Notes: generated by a model from the letters alone, not told the origin. Positions 10,351 to 20,810 are shown, counted from the stretch's first letter. The stretch: DNA of 64,000 nt from Rikenellaceae bacterium (GCA_022766385.1 JALEPJ010000052.1:3472-67471), one strand, 5' to 3'. Numbers and translations are program-made.

Positions 10351-11994
10351 CTAGCTGTAAAGGAAGCGTTTAATGCTCATCTTTGGAGTCTTCGCAAATG
10401 GCTCGAGCACAATCTCAACCTTTGTGAGTTTGCTGTAGCTTGGAAGAATCTTGTTTGAGCTGACGCGGATAGACTCCGGAAGGTCTGAAACGGTCTCTTC
10501 GTCAAGACCGGCCTTCTTGATGGCATCTTGATCCAAATAAACGAGGGCAACAAGTTTCGAAGCTCGGTCAACCACTACTGACTCAGTTACATAGTCCTGA
10601 GCATTGATGACGGCTTCCACTTCTTCAGGGTAGATGTTCTGTCCATTTGCAGAGAGAATCATATTCTTGCTGCGGCCACGGATGGTGATATTGCCTTCCT
10701 TGTCCATAACACCGAGGTCTCCGGTATGGAGGAATCCGTCATCGGTGAAGGCATTGGCAGAAGCCTCAGGATTGTTGAAATAACCGCTGCAGATATTGAG
10801 ACCCTTAGCCTGGATCTCACCAACGATGTGCTCTGGATCATCAGAATCGATGCGCACTTCACAAGAATCAACCTTCTTTCCGCAGGAACCCTGGACGAAC
10901 TTGGATGGATGTGAGTATGCAAGAAGAGGTGCAGCTTCTGTCATACCGTAACCGACGGTATACGGAAGACCCATCTTGCGGAAGGCCTTCTCAACATCCG
11001 GATTGAGAGCTGCACCACCCATAATGAACTGTTTCACATTGCCGCCGAAAGCCTCTAACAGCTTGTTGGTCACGAGCTTGTAAATGGCCTTGTTGACAAT
11101 AGGAATGGATGTGAGAACCTTCATTACAGGTTTTGATAGTATAGGTTTTATTGATGACTTGTAAACCTTTTCCATTACGAGTGGAACCGTAATGACAAGG
11201 TAAGGCTTTACATCGGCAACTGCCTTGAGCAGAGTCGATGCAGCCGGGGCTTTGCCGAGATAATAAACGGTCACGCCGCAGCAGAGAGGGTAAAGGAACT
11301 CAAATACAAGACCGTAGATATGTCCCATAGGGAGCATTGATACGATATTGTCTTGGCTGCCTGCAGGAATGTGACGGATGGCAAAATCAATTGATGCACT
11401 GAAAGACTCGTATCTGAGCATAACTCCCTTAGGAGCGCTCGTGGTACCTGAGGTGTAATTGATGCAGGCGAGGTCCTTGAGATTGTCGATAGGGTATGAA
11501 ACAGCCTCCTTGCTGAAGCCCTTAGGATACTTTTCAGCAAATGCTGAGTCAACGGAAGCGAAGGCATCCTTGACCTGCTCGTCCTTGCCCCAAAGCAGAG
11601 AAAGGTCCTGCAGACATACCGCCGCTCTGAGCTTAGGCATCTTCTCTTTATCAAGCTTAGGCCACATATCCTTGTCGGTGAAGAGGATGACACTCTCCGA
11701 GTGGTCTACGAGATTGTTTATGCTTTCAGGTGTAAAGTCAGAAAGCAGAGGAACAACTACAGCCTCATATGTGGTGACTGAAAGGAAGGAAATGGCCCAG
11801 CGAGCTGAATTGGTTCCGCAAAGGGCAATCTTCTGGCCTTTCTTAACGCCAGCATTTTCAAAAATAAGATGAAATTTTTCGATTTGAACAGCGAGATCCT
11901 TGAAAGTGAATTTCTCACCGCGCCAGTTGCAGAGGGCATTCAGCTCCCAATCGCGCTTGATGGTCTCGTTTAGTACTTCCAAAAAATGCTTCAT
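10351..11994 (-). CDS. AMP-dependent long-chain fatty-acid--CoA ligase family protein
   Basis: YTSGTTSAPKGVML AMP-binding motif, plus GYGMTE and HTGDLG. The start at 11994 (MKHFLEVL) is preferred because a -7 box lies inside the longer 12099 version. Confidence 0.85.
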   Translation of the reverse strand: MKHFLEVLNETIKRDWELNALCNWRGEKFTFKDLAVQIEKFHLIFENAGVKKGQKIALCGTNSARWAISFLSVTTYEAVVVPLLSDFTPESINNLVDHSESVILFTDKDMWPKLDKEKMPKLRAAVCLQDLSLLWGKDEQVKDAFASVDSAFAEKYPKGFSKEAVSYPIDNLKDLACINYTSGTTSAPKGVMLRYESFSASIDFAIRHIPAGSQDNIVSMLPMGHIYGLVFEFLYPLCCGVTVYYLGKAPAASTLLKAVADVKPYLVITVPLVMEKVYKSSIKPILSKPVMKVLTSIPIVNKAIYKLVTNKLLEAFGGNVKQFIMGGAALNPDVEKAFRKMGLPYTVGYGMTEAAPLLAYSHPSKFVQGSCGKKVDSCEVRIDSDDPEHIVGEIQAKGLNICSGYFNNPEASANAFTDDGFLHTGDLGVMDKEGNITIRGRSKNMILSANGQNIYPEEVEAVINAQDYVTESVVVDRASKLVALVYLDQDAIKKAGLDEETVSDLPESIRVSSNKILPSYSKLTKVEIVLEPFAKTPKMSIKRFLYS

Positions 11995-12024
11995 GGTGAT
12001 TCGGTTTGAGTTTTTTTTCTGGAA

Positions 12025-12032
12025 CAAAGATA
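12025..12032 (-). promoter_or_regulatory. Candidate -7 box TATCTTTG (minus strand) for the acyl-CoA ligase gene
   Basis: The plus strand reads CAAAGATA, which is TAnnTTTG on the minus strand, about 30 nt upstream of the ATG at 11994. Confidence 0.3.
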
Positions 12033-12229
12033 CAATCTTTGGGTCAAGAGCAATTTCTGAAGTGGTCAAGTCCTTCGAAATGTGGTGTATTGTCTCCATT
12101 CTGCCTCAATGTTGGTGAAATACCCTTATAAGTGGCGAAATTCTGTCCATCTGAACTCCAGAATCCAAGCTGAATACTCGCTAAAATGACAGTTTTTCCT
12201 CGCTAAAATCCCTACATAAGAAAGAATCC

Positions 12230-12269
12230 AAAAAAAGGTGACCTTCAGTCAATCTGACTTTGGGTCACC
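12230..12269 (-). terminator. Rho-independent terminator of tpiA
   Basis: GGTGACC (12237-12243) pairs with GGTCACC (12263-12269), with an inner AGTCA/TGACT pairing. The A7 run at 12230-12236 is T7 on the minus strand, directly after the hairpin. Confidence 0.7.
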
Positions 12270-12313
12270 CTATTCTGAATATTTGGCGCTCAATCAGGCG
12301 CCAGGAGTTTTGC

Positions 12314-13069
12314 TTAGAAAGAAACAGCGATACCGATGAAATCATCTGCCTTGAGAGCAGCACCTCCGATAAGACCGCCGTCGATGTCCGGCTTAGCGAA
12401 AAGCTCCTTAGCGTTTGAAGGCTTGCAAGAACCACCGTAAAGGATGCTGGTCTCCTCTGCTACCTCTGCGCTGAACTGCTCGGCGAGCACCTTGCGGATG
12501 TAAGCATGGATTTCCTCAGCCTGGTCAGCGGTAGCGGTCTTGCCAGTACCGATAGCCCACACTGGCTCGTATGCAATGATTACGTTCTTCATATCCTCAG
12601 CTGTGAAGTGTGAAAGTACGTTCACGGTCTGAGCCTTTACAACGTCGAAATGCTTCTCAGCTTCTCTCTCCTCGAGGGTCTCACCTACGCAGAGTATAAC
12701 TCCGAGACCGTTTGCAAGAGCGAGCTTGGTCTTCTCAACCAGCTTCTCATCAGTCTCTCCGTAGTACTGACGGCGCTCTGAGTGTCCGAGGATGGTGTAC
12801 TCTGCACCGGTAGAAGCTACCATTGCTGCAGAAACCTCACCTGTGTAGGCTCCCTTTTCCTTGTCTGCGCAATTCTCTGCTGAAAGTGCTACTGCTGTGC
12901 CCTTTACAACCTCAGCAACCGGTACGAGGTGGGTTGCAGGTGTCGCGATGATAAGTTTTACGTCAGCAGGAACCTCTGCTGATTTTGCTACTACTGCCTT
13001 TGCGAGCTCTACGCCCTCAGGAACTGTGGTATTCATCTTCCAGTTTCCTGCTACAATATGTTTTCTCAT
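12314..13069 (-). CDS. tpiA: Triose-phosphate isomerase
   Basis: 251 aa; VAGNWKMN N-terminus, GHSERR and [11 protein letters not shown] motifs. Confidence 0.95.
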   Translation of the reverse strand: MRKHIVAGNWKMNTTVPEGVELAKAVVAKSAEVPADVKLIIATPATHLVPVAEVVKGTAVALSAENCADKEKGAYTGEVSAAMVASTGAEYTILGHSERRQYYGETDEKLVEKTKLALANGLGVILCVGETLEEREAEKHFDVVKAQTVNVLSHFTAEDMKNVIIAYEPVWAIGTGKTATADQAEEIHAYIRKVLAEQFSAEVAEETSILYGGSCKPSNAKELFAKPDIDGGLIGGAALKADDFIGIAVSF

Positions 13070-13133
13070 TTTCTTAAATAATGTGTTGAATGATTCCTTC
13101 TTTAAGAGCCTGTCCTTATGGACAAAGCATCTG

Positions 13134-13141
13134 CAAATTTA
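13134..13141 (-). promoter_or_regulatory. Candidate -7 box TAAATTTG (minus strand) for tpiA
   Basis: The plus strand reads CAAATTTA, which is TAnnTTTG on the minus strand, 65 nt upstream of the tpiA ATG. -7 match only. Confidence 0.3.
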
Positions 13142-13164
13142 ACAAATTATTCTGGAAAATTGAC

Positions 13165-13172
13165 TAACTTTG
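13165..13172 (+). promoter_or_regulatory. Candidate -7 box TAACTTTG for tyrS
   Basis: Matches TAnnTTTG, 41 nt upstream of the ATG at 13213. -7 match only. Confidence 0.3.
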
Positions 13173-13212
13173 CGCGACTATATAATAACTGATTAATCAT
13201 CCTGATTCACAG

Positions 13213-14502
13213 ATGAAAAATTTTGTAGAAGAACTCAGATGGAGGGGCATGATTCACGACATCACCCCCGGAACAGAAGAAGAACTCAAAAAGGGACCTA
13301 TGTCAGCATACGTTGGCATTGACCCTACCGGAGACTCACTCCACATAGGACATCTTGTCAGCATAATGATACTCAAGCACTTCCAGGCTTGCGGAAATAA
13401 GCCGTACGCTCTTGTAGGCGGCGCTACCGGTATGATAGGCGACCCTTCGATGAAAAGTGCGGAGCGCAATCTCCTCGACGAAGAAACCCTTGCCCACAAT
13501 GTCAGCTGCATCAAGGCTCAGCTTGGACGTTTCCTCGATTTCGAGTCTGACGCTCCTAACAAGGCTGAACTCGTAAATAACTACGACTGGATGAAGGACT
13601 ACACCTTCATCAACTTTACCCGCGACATTGGCAAGCTCATCACCGTAAATTATATGATGTCAAAGGATTCAGTGAAGAAGCGCCTTAGCAGGGACTCTTC
13701 CGAGGGTATGTCCTTCACCGAATTCACCTATCAGCTCCTTCAGGGCTACGATTTCCTTTACCTCTACGAGCATAACAACGTGAAGCTCCAGCTTGGCGGT
13801 GCCGATCAGTGGGGCAATATCACCACAGGTACCGAACTCATCCGCCGTACCAACGGAGGAGAGGCCTTCGCTCTAACCTGTCCGCTAATCACCAAGGCTG
13901 ACGGCGGCAAATTCGGCAAGACAGAGAAGGGCAATATCTGGCTCGACGCAGATCGCACCAGCCCATACCAGTTCTACCAGTTCTGGCTCAATGTTTCCGA
14001 TGCCGATGCCGAGAAGTATATCAAAATCTTCACTATGCTCGACCGCGAAACCATAGAAGCAGCCATTGCCGAGCACAGCCAGGACCCGGGCCAGCGCAGA
14101 CTCCAGAAGCTCCTCGCCAAGGAAGTCACCATTATGGTTCACGGAGAAAAGGAGTATGAGAATGCCCTCAAGGCATCCCAGATGCTCTTTGGCAAGGCCA
14201 CAGCCGAGGACCTTCGCAGTCTCGACGAGAAGACCTTCCTCGCAGTATTCGAGGGGGTCCCTACTGTGGAAATCGAACGCGCAAAATTGCCAATGCCTAT
14301 ACTTGACGCCGTAGCGGTGGAGACAAGCATCTTCCCTTCAAAGGGTGAGGCCCGCAAGATGATTCAGGGCAACGGCTTCTCTATCAACAAGGAGAAGTTC
14401 ACCGATCCTAATGGCCAACTCACTGAAAATGACATCATTGACGGAAAGTATATACTCGCCCAGAAAGGTAAGAAGGATTATTACATCATCAATATCAAGT
14501 AA
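13213..14502 (+). CDS. tyrS: Tyrosine--tRNA ligase
   Basis: 429 aa; class I HIGH motif (LHIGHLV), a KMSKS-like KFGKTE, and a C-terminal S4-like domain. Confidence 0.95.
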   Translation: MKNFVEELRWRGMIHDITPGTEEELKKGPMSAYVGIDPTGDSLHIGHLVSIMILKHFQACGNKPYALVGGATGMIGDPSMKSAERNLLDEETLAHNVSCIKAQLGRFLDFESDAPNKAELVNNYDWMKDYTFINFTRDIGKLITVNYMMSKDSVKKRLSRDSSEGMSFTEFTYQLLQGYDFLYLYEHNNVKLQLGGADQWGNITTGTELIRRTNGGEAFALTCPLITKADGGKFGKTEKGNIWLDADRTSPYQFYQFWLNVSDADAEKYIKIFTMLDRETIEAAIAEHSQDPGQRRLQKLLAKEVTIMVHGEKEYENALKASQMLFGKATAEDLRSLDEKTFLAVFEGVPTVEIERAKLPMPILDAVAVETSIFPSKGEARKMIQGNGFSINKEKFTDPNGQLTENDIIDGKYILAQKGKKDYYIINIK

Positions 14503-14850
14503 ATGGACAAAGCACCAAGCACAAGACAGCTGAAAGTCGCGCGTGAAATCCAGAAGGATATGGCCGAAATCCTGCGCAGCAAGGGTATGGTGGCCTTCGG
14601 AGGAGCGATGGTGACAGTGAGCGAAGTACGTGTCTCTCCAGACCTTTCATTGGCCAAGACCTATGTGAGCATCTTCCCTTCAGCCAAGGCCGAAGAAGTA
14701 ATGAAGATACTTAACGAAAATGTCAAGGCATACAGGGGAGAACTCGGCCACAAGGTGGGAAAGCAGTTCAGGATAGTACCTGAAATTAATTTCTACCTTG
14801 ACAGTTCACTTGACTATGCCGAGCACATCGATCAGCTTCTCAAGATGTAG
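14503..14850 (+). CDS. rbfA: Ribosome-binding factor A
   Basis: 115 aa; RQLKVAREIQKDMAEILR...VTVSEVRVSPDLSLAKTYVSIF pattern. The ATG directly abuts the tyrS stop. Confidence 0.85.
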   Translation: MDKAPSTRQLKVAREIQKDMAEILRSKGMVAFGGAMVTVSEVRVSPDLSLAKTYVSIFPSAKAEEVMKILNENVKAYRGELGHKVGKQFRIVPEINFYLDSSLDYAEHIDQLLKM

Positions 14851-14859
14851 TTTTACAAT

Positions 14860-16074
14860 ATGAACCTGCCGTTCTTTATAGCCAAACGCTACCTTTTCGC
14901 CAAGAAATCACATAATGTGATAAATCTGATATCGGCGATAAGCGCTGTCGGAATGGCCATAGGAACGGCAGCTCTGATTATTATTCTCTCCGTTTACAAC
15001 GGTTTCGACAGCATCATCAGCTCTTCCTTGAGCGATCTTGATCCAGACATCCTCATCACAGCTTCGAAGGGCAAGGTCTTCGTTCCGGAAGGGGAGGCCT
15101 TCGATTGGGCGTATGATTGCCCTAAAGTGCTTAATATCAGCGAGGTACTCCAAGAAAATGTCTTTGTCAATTATGACAATCGTCAGGGTGTAGTGAAGGC
15201 AAAGGGAGTGGATGCCGTCTTCGAAGATGAATCGGGTATAAGCTCCCACATACGCAGCGGAGAGTTTCGTCTCCATCACGGTGATGCGCCAATGGCAGCA
15301 GTCGGAGCCGGTTTTGCCTATAAGATGGGTATCAATCCCAACTTTGTCGCACCTCTCGAGATCTACTTCCCTGCCAGGGACAGAAGCATCTCCCTCGCCA
15401 ATCCTCTTGCCTCTATCAACACCGTCTTTGCCCGCCCTTCCTGTGTTTTCTCTGTCAATGCCGACGTCGATGCCGGCTTGATTTTACTCCCCATCGAGGC
15501 GATGAGGGAACTTCTGGCTTATGACAATGAAGTTTCAGGCGTAGAAATGAGACTTAGCGAGGACTGCAGCAAGGCGGAACGCAAAGAAATCTTTACTAAG
15601 CTTGAGGAACTCTTAGGCCCTGATTATAAAGTACTTGACCGCTACCATCAGAATGAGGCGGTGTATAAAATGATGAAGTATGAGAAAGCATCCATCTTTC
15701 TCATACTCATCTTTGTAGTTATTATCATTGCCTTCAATATCTTCGGAAGCCTTTCGATGCTCATCATCGAAAAGAAGTCAGATATCGAGACCTTCAGAAG
15801 TCTTGGAGCCTCGGATAAGCTAATAAGAAAATTCTTCGTTCTCGAAGGCTGGATGATATCTATGCTCGGCTTGTGCTCTGGTCTAATCATAGGAGTGCTC
15901 ATTGCCTTCATCCAACAAAGCACAGGGCTTGTGAAGATGCCAGGTGGTTTCCTGGTCAGCGCCTATCCTGTGGTAGTGCAGCTCAAAGACCTGCTTATCA
16001 CTTTCGTGAGCGTTTCCTTGATAGGCTATCTGATTGCACTTGTTCCTGTTGCCAATGCTTTTCGTAAACATTGA
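14860..16074 (+). CDS. ABC transporter permease, FtsX/LolE-like
   Basis: 404 aa; N-terminal FIAKRYLFAKKSHNVINLISAISAVGMAIGTAALIIILSVYNGF and a C-terminal three-TM FtsX-type domain. Confidence 0.85.
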   Translation: MNLPFFIAKRYLFAKKSHNVINLISAISAVGMAIGTAALIIILSVYNGFDSIISSSLSDLDPDILITASKGKVFVPEGEAFDWAYDCPKVLNISEVLQENVFVNYDNRQGVVKAKGVDAVFEDESGISSHIRSGEFRLHHGDAPMAAVGAGFAYKMGINPNFVAPLEIYFPARDRSISLANPLASINTVFARPSCVFSVNADVDAGLILLPIEAMRELLAYDNEVSGVEMRLSEDCSKAERKEIFTKLEELLGPDYKVLDRYHQNEAVYKMMKYEKASIFLILIFVVIIIAFNIFGSLSMLIIEKKSDIETFRSLGASDKLIRKFFVLEGWMISMLGLCSGLIIGVLIAFIQQSTGLVKMPGGFLVSAYPVVVQLKDLLITFVSVSLIGYLIALVPVANAFRKH

Positions 16075-16696
16075 CGATTTCACCTATGTACATAGTGTGC
16101 AGCCCTGTTGAGGAGTAGATTCCGTCCTTGATGTCCTTAGGGAGCTTGTCTTTCTCAAACTCATCCGAATAGATTTTCTTGCATTCGATTACGAGCTCGG
16201 CATCTTTGAATCTCGGATTGCCCAGTTCTGTAAACTCTACGCGCAGGCCTGAATTGGCCGTCTTGTCCGGGTCATCCTTCTGCGAATGCGAACCAAGATA
16301 TATCAGTCCGTCTTTATACTCTCTATTGTCTGGGAAACGGCTGATTGTGAACCAGTTGGAATTATCCATCAGCTTCTTTGAGTAGCGGTCCGAACTCACA
16401 TAAACAGTCACAACCGGCTTATTCCACAATTGACCTACGGAGCCCCAGGAAATGGTCATGGAATTGTAGGATTTAGCATTGCCCATAGCCAAGGCCATCC
16501 AATCTCTGGAGAATTCGCCGACTGGTCTCATTACCAGCTCATCAGGTGCCAGTTTGACCCAGGTGGCGAGGCTGTCTCTATCTTCCCGGCTCCCGCCTGA
16601 ATCTCCGCCGTGCTGGCAGGAAGCCGATAGAATAAGGCTCGCAACCAGAGCAAGACAAGTGGCCATGTGGACCTTTATAATATGCTTATTCATCAT
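15998..16696 (-). CDS. Flavin-reductase-like (FMN-binding split-barrel) protein with a lipoprotein-type signal peptide
   Basis: The pattern NSMTISWGSVGQLWNKPVVTVYVSSDRYSKKLM...HTMYIGEIVNVYE resembles the flavin reductase family. N-terminal LALVASLILSASC is lipobox-like. The last ~20 codons overlap the convergent permease gene by 77 nt. Confidence 0.6.
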   Translation of the reverse strand: MMNKHIIKVHMATCLALVASLILSASCQHGGDSGGSREDRDSLATWVKLAPDELVMRPVGEFSRDWMALAMGNAKSYNSMTISWGSVGQLWNKPVVTVYVSSDRYSKKLMDNSNWFTISRFPDNREYKDGLIYLGSHSQKDDPDKTANSGLRVEFTELGNPRFKDAELVIECKKIYSDEFEKDKLPKDIKDGIYSSTGLHTMYIGEIVNVYEKHWQQEQVQSDSLSRKRSRK

Positions 16697-16699
16697 CAG

Positions 16700-18085
16700 T
16701 TATTCTTCTGGAAGGAACATTGGGTCCCAAGCTGGAAGCATGATCGGCTTCTGCTTCAGGAGGGCCATCACGTCAGCAGGAACATACTGCTTCTCAACAA
16801 CGAGACGGAACATATACTCATCGAACCACTCATCAGTCATAATGATATTGCCCCTGTAACCTGAAGAAGCACCCCAACTGTTCTCTACCATCCACTTGAC
16901 CGGTTTACCGTTCTTTATATCCACAGCCTTAAGGGTCATTGCGTGAGAAGAACCGCTGGCGTGTGTCATTACCCTTTCGGTCTTGTTCATAGTGAACTCC
17001 ACTCCAAGCAGGGAAGCATAATCGTAGTTGTTCAGGTCGGCTACACCCTTCTTGCTGTTGAGGAACTTGTTTACGTCACAAGAGAAGTACATGGCAGTAT
17101 TGCCCTTGATTGAAGCAATGGCCATTTCCTTGATTCTCTCTACAGGAAGGTTAACATAAACCCAGTTCTCACCATCGTAAACGTGGCGGTCATAGTCAAT
17201 CTCATATACCTTGAAATACTCGCGTGTAGGGTCGTTCATCACCATCACGTAATTGTTCTCAAGGTCGGCATTCACGAACTCTTCATAGAAAGAAAGCGGA
17301 GTATAGGTCTTCTCGCTGACAAAATTGCCCTTGGAATCGTATCTTGCCCACTGGAACTCAGTAGGAGGTACACCCAAACACAGGCAGAGTATGCGATACA
17401 CTTCCTTGAGCATATCGGTTTTCATTGCTGTCAGATCAGCTTTCTTTCCAGCTGCGCGGAGCTTGAGTCCGTCCTGGCGGAGCAAGGTCTTGATCTGTGT
17501 GGACATAGCTGAAGTGTTGTTTGAGCAGAGAGTCTCAGGCATAGCATCAGCAGGCACTAAACCATACTTGGTGATGAGATTGGATACTCCTGTGAACTGT
17601 CCTCCGTCACCAATCGGGTTCTGGAAAAGCCAGTCAACCTTGCGGTCTTCGAAAGGCAGATCCTTGGTGTCTATTACTCCCTGGAGGAAGAGGTTAGCCT
17701 TCTCAAGCTGGTCATAGAAGAAAACATAGTTCTGGGAAAAAGTGAAATCTCCCAGGTCGTACTTATCTATCATCTTGGCTCTCAATACATTGAGTCCTGA
17801 GAAAAGCCAGCAGCGACCGGATGATTTCTGGTCTGTGATGCCCTTGGTCCTAACCTCATCAGAGAAGTGGGTGTCGATCATTGCCATATTCTCTGCATTC
17901 TCTGCGAGAACACTGATGGAGGTCGTATTCAAAGCATTTCTGATTGCCTTGTCATTGGCATTGCCCTCATATGCCTTGCTGATTTCCTTGAGCATATCTG
18001 CGCTGATACCTCCCTGCGCACTGAGGGAGAGTGGTAATGAGGCTGCCAAAAGCAAAGCCGCAAAGATGGTCGTAATTCTTTTCAT
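16700..18085 (-). CDS. C1-family aminopeptidase (PepC / bleomycin-hydrolase-like), secreted
   Basis: QKSSGRCWLFSGLN catalytic-Cys motif. MKRITTIFAALLLAASLPLSLSAQ signal from the ATG at 18085; the ORF-track start at 18109 is TTG. Confidence 0.85.
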   Translation of the reverse strand: MKRITTIFAALLLAASLPLSLSAQGGISADMLKEISKAYEGNANDKAIRNALNTTSISVLAENAENMAMIDTHFSDEVRTKGITDQKSSGRCWLFSGLNVLRAKMIDKYDLGDFTFSQNYVFFYDQLEKANLFLQGVIDTKDLPFEDRKVDWLFQNPIGDGGQFTGVSNLITKYGLVPADAMPETLCSNNTSAMSTQIKTLLRQDGLKLRAAGKKADLTAMKTDMLKEVYRILCLCLGVPPTEFQWARYDSKGNFVSEKTYTPLSFYEEFVNADLENNYVMVMNDPTREYFKVYEIDYDRHVYDGENWVYVNLPVERIKEMAIASIKGNTAMYFSCDVNKFLNSKKGVADLNNYDYASLLGVEFTMNKTERVMTHASGSSHAMTLKAVDIKNGKPVKWMVENSWGASSGYRGNIIMTDEWFDEYMFRLVVEKQYVPADVMALLKQKPIMLPAWDPMFLPEE

Positions 18086-18109
18086 TTTGTTTATCTTTTT
18101 GATTGTCAA

Positions 18110-18526
18110 TTAATTCAATGTCTGAATGATAACGCCTATGGACTCTTTCCTGCACCAAAGCCACAGCCTTCCGCTACGGTCAGTCTTTTCGACAGTGAAA
18201 CTAAGTCCCTTCTTGCTGATAATCTCACTCTTGCTTGTCCACTTCAGCTCTCCCTTGACCTTCTGGCCATTCTCTGTAGGCACATAATCCAGCTTGACGC
18301 AATAATAATCGGACATATTGTCCGTGAAACTCCTGTATTCGCAGGATTCCCGCTTGAAGGACGTTTGGCAATTCATACTGTCAAAGACGAAAACTTTCTG
18401 CCCCTTGACGGTCAGTCCGGTCGTATTCGTGCCCACAAATTCAGGGTCCACCTTGCTGCCTTGACAAGATGAAGCAGCAATGCAAATAAGCATCAAAGTA
18501 AATATCCTATATCCTATCTTTCTCAT
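18110..18526 (-). CDS. Small lipoprotein of unknown function (138 aa)
   Basis: The LMLICIAASSCQGS lipobox. Its ATG overlaps the M6 protease stop (ATGA). Its stop directly abuts the extended PepC ORF. Confidence 0.6.
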   Translation of the reverse strand: MRKIGYRIFTLMLICIAASSCQGSKVDPEFVGTNTTGLTVKGQKVFVFDSMNCQTSFKRESCEYRSFTDNMSDYYCVKLDYVPTENGQKVKGELKWTSKSEIISKKGLSFTVEKTDRSGRLWLWCRKESIGVIIQTLN

Positions 18527-20646
18527 TTCACAGTGATTCTTTTGCTGATTATTTCGTTCGAACCGTCCTGATAATCAATGTAGGCCTTCAGAAGACCGTC
18601 AGTTTTCACTGTCCAGTATCCAGAACCGTCATCCTCGATATCCCTGCCATCAAAGGTCCATCTCACATTTACGCAGTTCCTCGCATTGAATACCCTGAGA
18701 GGCAGCTGTGAACCATAGAAAAAGTAACCCTCACTGTCCCTATCCGCTGAATTCAAGTAAATGAAAGGATAGCCGTCATTGTAGAAGGACTTGGTAGTGA
18801 ATTCGCTTTCCACAGAGTCGCCGCTTCCCCCTTTATCGGTAGATACCTTCACGCTGTAAGTTGTTTTCTCTGAAAGTCCCTCGAAAGTATAGGAATAAAG
18901 TCCTGTACTATAAGGCTTTACGCTTATTTCGATATCTTGTCCGTCAGGGCTGGAGAGGCTGATGTAGCTTAGGGTTTCAGCATTGCCTCCTGCCATACTC
19001 CATTGTACTATCGCCGCATCCTGGAAAGTCTCGACTTTGCCGATGGAGATAGGTCCGGCCACTGTGAAACTGACTCCATTGCCAGTATTCCTTATGTTCA
19101 ATATTGAGAGTTCTGAGCTCCTGCCGCTCCAATGCAGGAATGCTGGTGTCGTCTTCCCGGAGAAGGCATTTCTGCTTCCATTAGGCCAGAATACCTGGGA
19201 GATGCTCCCTGTACCCGGAACACATTCAGCAAGATACGCGCACTGATGCTTAGGCCAGCAGTTTACCTCGTTGTAGTACCAACGTTTGGCGGCTGTCATA
19301 TTCATCTGGTAAGTGTCTGAGTATCCTGCGTTTTGAAGGCTCTTGTCAATATGGTATATGAGCAAGCCACTGCCACCCAGATACTCATCCCAGCCCTGCT
19401 TGTCCCTGCACTCGAAGAGCCAGTATTCCCCAGGAATATCGCTCGCCATCTTGTAATAGCTCTTCTCCTGACTCAAAGGCAGCAGAGAGACTTCTCCAGT
19501 CTCGAGTGTAAGGCAATTGCCGATGCCCACCATATCCAATTCCAGGGCGCAATAGTTCGGGGGAGTATTTCCTCCATTGTTGTATGAACCGTAGTCCATA
19601 ATGCTGATTCTACCCCAAAGTCCTACACTCGTTCCCTCACTGTCTTCATAATCAGTATCATACATATCGGAAAGCCCAAGAGTATGGCTGAATTCGTGAC
19701 AGAAGGTACCTATGGTGGTAAAGCGCTCGTGTCCATTGTCGTCAAGGCTGATTTCCGTAGAAACTGCGTAATTGTTCACAATTTTTCCATCCAGGGTCAG
19801 TTTGATACCTGCGCCATCCGCCAGATACCATTGGTGTGACCAGATATGGTCGTCTCCGGCACCTTCTGCCTCATCCTTTCCGGCAACGAAAAGGAAAACA
19901 TTGTCCACTTCGCCGTCATTGTCGATATCGAATTCGGAGAAATCCACCTTGGCATCCACCAGCTTGCAGGCCTCAGCAACAGCCTCAGCAGCCCTTTTGT
20001 CCAAGCCATTGTCACCATTCTCGCCATAATAAGCATATCCGCGTGACAATGTGACAATGTCGCTGACCACGAATTCGAACTCCTTCGAGTCTCCGAACTG
20101 AGCTTTGAAATAATCCAGAGCGCTTCCTGTCGCTCCATTATAGTCATAACCCTCCTGTGTCAGCATATTATTGAAATTCGACTTGCCATACTTGAATTTC
20201 AAATCGCTGAACTGCGCCAGAATGATTAGAGCCTTAATCTTGCCGCTACCGGCCTTTGTGTCGATGCCATTAGCTATTCTCTTCTGATTCAGACTGCCTC
20301 GCAATGCCCTCTGCTCTGCGGCTTGTTGCTTCATCAGAGTGTGAGGAATGCTTCGTGCCTCGGCGGCAGCAGGGGAGAGTCTGTCGCTAACGTGAACTCC
20401 GCTGCTATATCTACGTCCGTCTTCAGTGAAGCAGGCATAACTGTACCAGCCGTCCCTGTCCTTGATGATGGCACTTCCCGTCTCTGTGGTGAGAAGCTTG
20501 TAAAATTCATCTCCTGTCAATCTCGCATTAATGGAGGAACCGTCAGGCTGAATCAGTTTATAGTATCCCGGACGTGCAGGAACTGCCTGTGCACAGACAG
20601 TGCAAAGTATGAAAAATATGCAGAATAATATGCTCTTCCCTTTCAT
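18523..20646 (-). CDS. M6-family (immune inhibitor A-like) metalloprotease domain protein, secreted
   Basis: 707 aa; signal ILFCIFFILCTVCAQA; an N-terminal ARPGYYKLIQPDGSSINARLTGDEF block typical of M6-domain proteins; zinc motif FCHEFSHTLGL; beta-rich C-terminal domains. Confidence 0.7.
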   Translation of the reverse strand: MKGKSILFCIFFILCTVCAQAVPARPGYYKLIQPDGSSINARLTGDEFYKLLTTETGSAIIKDRDGWYSYACFTEDGRRYSSGVHVSDRLSPAAAEARSIPHTLMKQQAAEQRALRGSLNQKRIANGIDTKAGSGKIKALIILAQFSDLKFKYGKSNFNNMLTQEGYDYNGATGSALDYFKAQFGDSKEFEFVVSDIVTLSRGYAYYGENGDNGLDKRAAEAVAEACKLVDAKVDFSEFDIDNDGEVDNVFLFVAGKDEAEGAGDDHIWSHQWYLADGAGIKLTLDGKIVNNYAVSTEISLDDNGHERFTTIGTFCHEFSHTLGLSDMYDTDYEDSEGTSVGLWGRISIMDYGSYNNGGNTPPNYCALELDMVGIGNCLTLETGEVSLLPLSQEKSYYKMASDIPGEYWLFECRDKQGWDEYLGGSGLLIYHIDKSLQNAGYSDTYQMNMTAAKRWYYNEVNCWPKHQCAYLAECVPGTGSISQVFWPNGSRNAFSGKTTPAFLHWSGRSSELSILNIRNTGNGVSFTVAGPISIGKVETFQDAAIVQWSMAGGNAETLSYISLSSPDGQDIEISVKPYSTGLYSYTFEGLSEKTTYSVKVSTDKGGSGDSVESEFTTKSFYNDGYPFIYLNSADRDSEGYFFYGSQLPLRVFNARNCVNVRWTFDGRDIEDDGSGYWTVKTDGLLKAYIDYQDGSNEIISKRITVK

Positions 20647-20810
20647 TTCCGATTAAAAGAGTGAGATTGATAATTCTATGCAAATTAGGAAATTTTTCCC
20701 GAGAGCACAAACGCTGGAGAGAAAAAAAGCAGGCAGGTAGCAATGGAGCAAAGGAAGTGTATAAAAGAACAAAGAGCTGGAAACCTCACGGCTTCTCAGC
20801 TCTTAGACGT

